From assembly GCA_965116945.1 (NCBI GenBank), contig OZ220734.1:65257-129256 (forward strand): DNA of 64,000 bases, in the 5' to 3' direction. Below, piece by piece: positions 58,156 to 64,000 of this stretch. Each line of letters opens with the position of its first letter. Position 1 is the stretch's first letter. The notes under the pieces were generated by a model. It saw only the letters and a list, made by a program, of their open reading frames with translations. It was not told the origin of the DNA and made no database searches. The translations under genes were made by a program, and so were the position numbers. This DNA comes from Dehalococcoidia bacterium. Lineage in GTDB: Bacteria > Chloroflexota > Dehalococcoidia > Plut-88900.

Positions 58156-59418
58156 TTAAATTACGCCCGACTGTTGCAGTAGTTCCAGGTGTTCAGCTTC
58201 CAGCCCCAGTTCCTCAGAGTATATTTCCTTGTTGTGTTCTCCGATGTGGGGGGCTCTGCGCGGTGTCCCCACAGGGCTCTCTGATTGGCTGACAGGCCAT
58301 CCAGGGTAGATCACAGTTTCGCCAATCTCAGGGTCAAAGACCTCCTGCCAAAAGCTCCTTGCCGCGAGCTGTGGGTTGATCATCTGGTATGCGGGAGTCC
58401 CGATTGGGGCTATCCAGATGCGTTTTGCTACTGCCCCTTCATAGAGCTCCTCCACGGTGTGGGCCTCGAAGAATTCACTGATGTTGCGTTCCAGCATATC
58501 TCGGGTCTCGGGGTCTGTGGGCACAAACCCGAATCCCGCCCAATCGAACCCTTTGAGCTCTAGCCCTATTCCCTCACTGTTCATCCAGTCCACCAGGGCC
58601 TGGTTTACCCTGACACCTGGACCAGAGCCGACGATGACGAAATTCACATAGCCGTCCTTGCATTTCCATGTGTAGCGGATGGGCACGTCCATGGCCTTTC
58701 CATCCCTAACCATTGAGAAGGTCTTCACAGCCCCGCCCCGCAGGGTGTTCATGCGTGACAGGTCCCAGGTGATGGTAACGTTCATCTGAGTCCACATAAT
58801 TGCCAACTGCATAGAGGCATCCACGTGTTGACCCTTTCCGCTGCTATCCCGGTAGTAGTAGGCGTTCATTGTACCCACGGCAGCTTGCAGGGCAGCATGG
58901 CTCCATGCCTGGGGATAGCTGATTCTAACTGGGGGTCTGTCCGCGTCTCCGCTGACGTACATGATGCCACCCATTGCCATCCCTATGAGATCTGTGACTT
59001 TGTATCGAGCGTAGGGCCCAGACTGCCCGAATGGCGTAATGGAGGTCATGACAATACCCGGGTTGAGTTTGCTCAGGGCTCGATATCCGAGTCCGAGGTC
59101 ATCCAGGTAACCCGGCGTAAAGGACTCAATGACAAAGTCTGCGTTTATGGCAAGACGCAGGAACATCTCTTTGCCTTCGGCGTTTTCAATGTCGAGGGTG
59201 ATACCTCGCTTGTTCGCGTTGAATGCCCACCAGTACAGGCTCTTATCGGGATCGGGCGTATTCTGGTAGAAGGGCCCCTGGAGTCGGCCTGGATCCCCGC
59301 CCGGTTCCTCTATCTTGAGCACGTCGCAGCCCAGGTCAGCGAGGATCTTACCGCAAAGGAAGCCATTCTCACGCGTCATGTCCAGGACTCTGAGAGGTGG
59401 GAGCAGATTCATGGGCAA
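58156..59418 (-). CDS. CoA-transferase family III (CaiB/BaiF-like)
   Basis: LPPLRVLDMTRENGFLCGKILADLGCDVLKIEEPGGDP. Confidence 0.85.
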   Translation of the reverse strand: MPMNLLPPLRVLDMTRENGFLCGKILADLGCDVLKIEEPGGDPGRLQGPFYQNTPDPDKSLYWWAFNANKRGITLDIENAEGKEMFLRLAINADFVIESFTPGYLDDLGLGYRALSKLNPGIVMTSITPFGQSGPYARYKVTDLIGMAMGGIMYVSGDADRPPVRISYPQAWSHAALQAAVGTMNAYYYRDSSGKGQHVDASMQLAIMWTQMNVTITWDLSRMNTLRGGAVKTFSMVRDGKAMDVPIRYTWKCKDGYVNFVIVGSGPGVRVNQALVDWMNSEGIGLELKGFDWAGFGFVPTDPETRDMLERNISEFFEAHTVEELYEGAVAKRIWIAPIGTPAYQMINPQLAARSFWQEVFDPEIGETVIYPGWPVSQSESPVGTPRRAPHIGEHNKEIYSEELGLEAEHLELLQQSGVI

Positions 59419-59544
59419 ACCCTAATCGCGGCCTCTGAGCTTGTCAACGCATTGGGGGGGCGCTGATATTGAAGGCAAACCAAATCTGTCAGTGCTACCA
59501 TGAACCGCATCTTGGCTGCTCGCCTTTGAGCGAATGGAGATTCA

Positions 59545-60360
59545 TTGCTCTACGTGGTCGCAACCCCTATAGGCAACATGGAGGACATCACACTTCGAGC
59601 CCTCCGGATTCTGCGGGAAGTCTCACTCATAGCTTCGGAAGACACCCGAACGACGAGGCGCATCCTCCGACGCTACGACATCAAGACGCGTCTCATCAGC
59701 TTCCACGATCACAGCGGCAAGGTGAAGCTACAGCAGCTAGTAGAGCATATGAAAACCGAGGATCTAGCATTGGTCTCGGAAGCGGGTACGCCCAATATCA
59801 GCGACCCGGGCCACGACCTTATTGCTGCGGCAATCGAGAAATCGATACCGGTAGTCTCTATACCCGGCCCGACGGCCGCCGTCTCCGCCCTATCGACTTC
59901 GGGGCTCCCGACGTCCCAGTTCTCATTTGTCGGATTCCTGCCCAGAAAGGCATCGGAGCGGAGGAGATTGCTGAGGTCGGTTCTAGCGGAGGGACGCACT
60001 GTTGTGGCATATGAGGCCCCACATCGCCTCATCGCCGCCCTTGTTGACATTGAAGCCGTCGAGTCGGAGGTTCAGGTGGCCGTTTGCAGGGAACTGACCA
60101 AGCTCCACGAAGAGGTATTCCGTGGGACAGCACTTGAAGCCCGCAATCATTTCGCTGCACCCCGAGGTGAGTTTACATTAGTGATTGGCCCTTCCACGTC
60201 CAAGGATGACGCTATCACTGATGAACAGATTGCATCGGAGCTCACGAAGTTGGAATCTGATGGGCTATCGGGCAAGGAGGCAGTAAACAGGGTAGCAAGG
60301 GAGCATGGAGTGGGTAGGAACAAGGTGTACCGGGTTTGGGTGGAGGGGAGGAGAAGCTAG
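59545..60360 (+). CDS. rsmI: 16S rRNA (cytidine1402-2'-O)-methyltransferase RsmI, TTG start
   Basis: (M)LYVVATPIGNMEDITLRALRIL...IASEDTR...ALVSEAGTPNISDPG. Tetrapyrrole-methylase fold signature of RsmI. Confidence 0.85.
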   Translation: MLYVVATPIGNMEDITLRALRILREVSLIASEDTRTTRRILRRYDIKTRLISFHDHSGKVKLQQLVEHMKTEDLALVSEAGTPNISDPGHDLIAAAIEKSIPVVSIPGPTAAVSALSTSGLPTSQFSFVGFLPRKASERRRLLRSVLAEGRTVVAYEAPHRLIAALVDIEAVESEVQVAVCRELTKLHEEVFRGTALEARNHFAAPRGEFTLVIGPSTSKDDAITDEQIASELTKLESDGLSGKEAVNRVAREHGVGRNKVYRVWVEGRRS

Positions 60361-60947
60361 GAGTCTTCTGCATCCCGGGACAGCTTCGCTCCTTCAATCC
60401 TGGCCCTGAGTTCACCTTCGTCGACGCCCAGCTCAATGGCTTTCAGGACATCGGCTTCTGCTTGGTCATCCTGCCCTAGCAGGAGGTAGGCAAAGGCCCG
60501 TTGCACATAAGCGCCCTGATGTGTCGGGGCGATGTCTATCGTGGTAGTGAAGTCCTGTATGCCTTCGTCGTATCGTTCAAGTTTGATGTAGGTAAGGCCC
60601 CGGTTATAGAAGGCGGCATCATAGCCTGGGCGGAGCCTTATCGCTTCGGTGAAGTCCCGGATTGCCAGGTCGAACTGGCCCTCCTGGGCAAACGTGGTAC
60701 CGCGGATTATAAATTCCTCCGGGATGATAGCTCTAGCCGTGGGTACAGGCTCATCTCCGAGCTCCGGGCCCACCATGAAGAAAACCACGCTCCCGCAAGA
60801 AAACACGAATATGAAGGCTATGGTCATTAGCCCGATCACGTGCAGAGGGATCCACGGTACAGGCCGGGTCTTGCCTTCCTGAGTCTCCCTCTCCTCAATC
60901 AGGACAGGAAGAGGCTTGGGCTGTTTTTTGCGGAAAAATCGCATCAC
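60357..60947 (-). CDS. TPR-repeat protein with N-terminal transmembrane anchor
   Basis: TM helix IGLMTIAFIFVFSCGSVVFFMV followed by 3 TPR-like units (AIRDFTEAIRLRPGYDAAFYNRGLTY...). Convergent 4-nt overlap with rsmI. Confidence 0.7.
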   Translation of the reverse strand: MMRFFRKKQPKPLPVLIEERETQEGKTRPVPWIPLHVIGLMTIAFIFVFSCGSVVFFMVGPELGDEPVPTARAIIPEEFIIRGTTFAQEGQFDLAIRDFTEAIRLRPGYDAAFYNRGLTYIKLERYDEGIQDFTTTIDIAPTHQGAYVQRAFAYLLLGQDDQAEADVLKAIELGVDEGELRARIEGAKLSRDAEDS

Positions 60948-61070
60948 ATTTGGGCCTCACACCCATCTTGCAGGGTTCCGGGTGTGTCGTACTTATTGTA
61001 CAACCCAACCCAAACATCCCCTTGACAAGGTTGCCCTATCGGCCTACGTGATGCACGAAGGACTGGCCGG

Positions 61071-62279
61071 TTATACGACGCCTGTCTCCTTGAGCCGGCC
61101 AATGCGCTCGCCGTCATAACCCAGCACCTCGGATAGGACCTGTTCAGTGTGCTGGCCCAAAAGGGGAGACGGCTCTACGCGTGTTGGAGAGTCAGAGAGT
61201 TTGATGGGGTTGCCTGGAAAGGTGAACTCGCCGCGTTGAGGATGATCTATTGTCACGATCATCTCTCTTTCCATCAGGTGAGGATCGGAGTGGATGTCCT
61301 CCGCATTGAGCAGAGCGCCGGCAGTGACCCCGATCTCTCCCATGAGCTTCATGACCTCGTGTTTGTCGTGTTTGGCCGACCATTCTTCGATGACATGGGT
61401 AAGTTCATCGTTGTTGGCTACGCGTGCGTCATTGGTCGCGAAGCGGGGGTCTCCTATAAGGTCTTGCCTCTCTATGAGGCGGAGGAAGCCGTCCCACAGC
61501 CTTTGACCGATGATTCCGTTGATGTAAAGGTACACATAGTCGTCCTTGCCACCTGGCTTGCACCTGAAGAGGTCGCAGGGTGAGGACCCGGGGGAGGACC
61601 GGCCCCGGCGGTCGGGGACCTCTTTGTCGTAGTAGTAGCCATGCATCGTGACCCGGGTGAAGTTCACCACGGCGTCCTGCATCGAGACTTCCACCTCTTG
61701 TCCTTTACCCGTCTTCTCGCGCTGCCACAGAGCGGCCATAATGCCCAGAGCGGTATGGTATCCCGTACCGATGTCCCCGGCAGTAACTCCGGGCAACAGG
61801 GGAGGCCCACCCGGCTCCCCAGTCATAGCGACGGCACCTCCGGTGGTGAGGGCTATCATGTCGAAGCTCTTGTAGTCGCTGTAGGGGCCGTAGGTGCCGA
61901 ATCCCTTTACGCGGGCCAAGATGATTTTAGGGTTTATCTGCGAAAGGACGTCGTAGCCGAATCCCAGGCGCTCCATCGTACCGGGGCCCATGTTCTCGGC
62001 TACTACGTCACTCTTCCTTATCAATTCGATAAAGACGAGCTTGCCCTCTTCGGTCTTCAGATCCAGGGTGATGCTCTTCTTGTTGGCGTTGAGGGTCATG
62101 AAGTAATAGCTATCGAAGCCCTTACCGTCATCGCGCACCTTCCGACCGGGGTCGCCGCGTCCGGGGGCCTCTACCTTGATGACGTCGGCACCCAGCCAGG
62201 CGAGAGCCTGGGTGCATGAAGTGCCAGCCTCGAACTGCGTGAGGTCAATTACCCTGATCCCGTCCAGTGCAGTTCCCAT
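61071..62279 (-). CDS. CoA-transferase family III (CaiB/BaiF-like; formyl-CoA-transferase-like)
   Basis: LDGIRVIDLTQFEAGTSCTQALAWLGADVIKVEAPGRGDP. Confidence 0.85.
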   Translation of the reverse strand: MGTALDGIRVIDLTQFEAGTSCTQALAWLGADVIKVEAPGRGDPGRKVRDDGKGFDSYYFMTLNANKKSITLDLKTEEGKLVFIELIRKSDVVAENMGPGTMERLGFGYDVLSQINPKIILARVKGFGTYGPYSDYKSFDMIALTTGGAVAMTGEPGGPPLLPGVTAGDIGTGYHTALGIMAALWQREKTGKGQEVEVSMQDAVVNFTRVTMHGYYYDKEVPDRRGRSSPGSSPCDLFRCKPGGKDDYVYLYINGIIGQRLWDGFLRLIERQDLIGDPRFATNDARVANNDELTHVIEEWSAKHDKHEVMKLMGEIGVTAGALLNAEDIHSDPHLMEREMIVTIDHPQRGEFTFPGNPIKLSDSPTRVEPSPLLGQHTEQVLSEVLGYDGERIGRLKETGVV

Positions 62280-62417
62280 ATTCAGCCTCCCGCCAAGTGT
62301 AGATTGAGGCCGATTATAGCAGACCGGTTGCTGTTAGCCCTCAAAGCACCTCTCGGGTGAGGATGCTGGAGCGCGCAGGGCATAAGGGAAGTCGATGGAT
62401 GGTATGGAGGGAGTGAA

Positions 62418-62494
<77 letters not shown>

Positions 62495-62865
62495 ACGGGT
62501 CGGTAGCTTAGCACGATGGATGTGGGCATTCAAGGCGGTGTACTCGTACGGTGGACTAGTGACGCACTGGAGTTTTGTTCAGTTGTGAGGTTTTGGGTTG
62601 GCGATGGAAGACGCCTGGAGAGCCGGTCGGCCTCTACTCTCATGCGGTGTTCCGGCTGTCGGGGGCCTTGGAGGTCCGCCGAGGGCGGATTGCAGCCGGC
62701 CGCGCCCTAGCGCTCGATGTGTGCTCCAGCTGTCCGGGCAGACAACCGGGCCTTGACCCCACTTCTGAATGCCCGCAGGCATGGTGGGGGCCAGTGATCG
62801 GGCTGTGGCCCCCTCAGACATCATGTGTTACGTGGGCCCCCCGAGGGTCAAGGCGGCCCAGCGAC

Positions 62866-63030
62866 CCCTTGCTTGATATATGGCGCAAGCTCGCCGGCGG
62901 GCCGACCTCCGGGATCCAGTCCCGGTCGGGGATAGCCGGTCCGCCACCCCTGCTTGATATAGCGTAAGCTCGCTGCTAACCGGCCTCCGAGACTACCGTC
63001 TCGGCGGGGAATGGCCGGTTCGCTGTGGCT
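62866..63030. repeat. Two tandem ~82-bp repeat units (cc(c/t)tgcttgatata(t)...) each containing a different perfect hairpin at the same relative position
   Basis: Unit A hairpin is ccggga-tccag-tcccgg. Unit B hairpin is ccgagac-tacc-gtctcgg. Both are followed by ggggaWWgccggtYcgc. This is compensatory covariation between units. Confidence 0.5.
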
Positions 63031-63610
63031 CTATCCAGGGCGTCTTTCCATCGCCTGACTACCAGGGAAGGGGGCACACGGGACCCGGTGGGATGAGGAG
63101 ATGGCGACGTTCGCTTGTGCCGCAGGCCTGCGCGAGGGCCGTTAGGATGGGCTAGGGCGTTGAGTCCTCTCGTTGGGTCTCGGGTGGGCTTCCCTGGGTT
63201 TTTGGTTCCTCCTTAAGGTTGGTGTCGGGTCTAGACTTGGGAGGAAGATAGCACATATGTTTGGGTGCGTCAAGGGTGTGGGTTGCACAGTTTCGGGGAG
63301 GAGAACCCCCCAACCCCCCAGGGAACCCTCACCCCCTTGATCCCCCTCTCACGCCATAGGCGCATCTTCGGCCCTTAGGGCCATTAAGGAAGAGGGAGAG
63401 AAAAGAATAGGGGCATGCGCATGTGCTGAAGCACATGCGCATGCCCCTAATTCAGTACTGGGGGGAGGGGGAGGAAAGAACAGAGGGATGGACCTGCGCC
63501 AACGTCTGCCTCTAGTTTGGTACTGGGGGAAGGGGATGGATTCCGGCTCCGCCACGGGCGGACTTTCAGCACGGCGCACTTGCAACCGGCTCGGCGGCCG
63601 GATTGACCGG
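63020..63610. repeat. Modular non-coding repeat element, right copy, in inverted orientation relative to 41330..42070
   Basis: The reverse complement contains cccagtaccaaactagagg, atggccctaagggccgaagatgcgcctatggcgtgagaggggga..gggggtgagggttccctgggg, cgagccggttgcaagtgcgcc, gctgaaagtccgcccgtggcggagc and gggcttccctgggttTttggttcctccttaa, all matching modules of the left copy. Also carries the perfect 38-bp palindrome ggggcatgcgcatgtgc-tgaa-gcacatgcgcatgcccc (63411..63448). Confidence 0.6.
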
Positions 63611-63641
63611 GGGAGTGGAGATAGCGGTAAGGATTAACCTT

Positions 63642-64000
63642 CTACGCTTTTGCCTCGACGTCTGATTGGAGGAGTTGGATGACGGTGGGGAGGGGTTGGG
63701 GGCCCAGGTTTTCGCCGGTGCGTTTGCGGACGGCAAGGGTCTCGGCGGCGACTTCTTTGTCGCCAACCACGAGCATGTAGGGAACCTTGTTGAGCTGTGC
63801 GTCCCGGATCTTCCGGTTCATCCGTTCGCCCCGGTCGTCCACCTCTACCCGCAGCCCAGCCGCAGACATCTGTTCAGCTGCCGCCCGAGAATATTCGACG
63901 TGGCGGTCGGTTATCGGGACTATAGATGCCTGGACAGGCGCAAGCCATACAGGGAACGCGCCACCGTAGTGCTCGATGAGCACACCCATGAAGCGCTCCA
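63642..64000 (-). CDS. thrS: Threonine--tRNA ligase, C-terminal anticodon-binding domain (3' end of gene; 5' part lies beyond window end)
   Basis: GAFPVWLAPVQASIVPITD...KIRDAQLNKVPYMLVVGDKEV matches the ThrRS C-terminus almost position for position. Confidence 0.85.
   Translation of the reverse strand, partial: ERFMGVLIEHYGGAFPVWLAPVQASIVPITDRHVEYSRAAAEQMSAAGLRVEVDDRGERMNRKIRDAQLNKVPYMLVVGDKEVAAETLAVRKRTGENLGPQPLPTVIQLLQSDVEAKA

Overview
This is a high-GC bacterial chromosomal segment, almost fully coding, with the look of a metabolically versatile catabolic generalist. The paralog expansion resembles what is described for SAR202-type Chloroflexota, but that is an inference, not a database hit. 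Dominant families: eight family-III CoA-transferases (CaiB/BaiF-like), four luciferase-like (LLM) flavin/F420 oxidoreductases, several amidohydrolases, two ureohydrolases, two HAD hydrolases, two cupins, and F420 (Fo) synthase cofGH. Housekeeping genes are interspersed: mnmE, dnaN (isolated), dnaJ, rsmI, tRNA-Pro(GGG), the thrS 3' end, and the N-terminus of a Lon-like protease. No transposase, integrase or CRISPR array is visible.

Most notable observations:
1. A Co-type nitrile hydratase operon (thiolase, nthB, nthA, accessory gene) is interrupted by a low-GC two-gene cassette encoding a DUF5678-like small protein and a retropepsin-like DTG aspartic protease.
2. A modular ~0.6-0.7 kb repeat family rich in perfect palindromes occurs as inverted copies at ~41.3-42.1 kb and ~63.0-63.6 kb. 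The copies bound a 21-kb block and lie next to tRNA-Pro and the thrS 3' end.
3. A tandem amidohydrolase paralog carries an in-frame TGA exactly at the Trp codon of its neighbour.
4. Gene-conversion tracts homogenise the 3' ends of two tandem paralog pairs.
5. A two-gene CaiB module is segmentally duplicated.
6. oadG and oadB are present without an alpha or biotin-carrier subunit.
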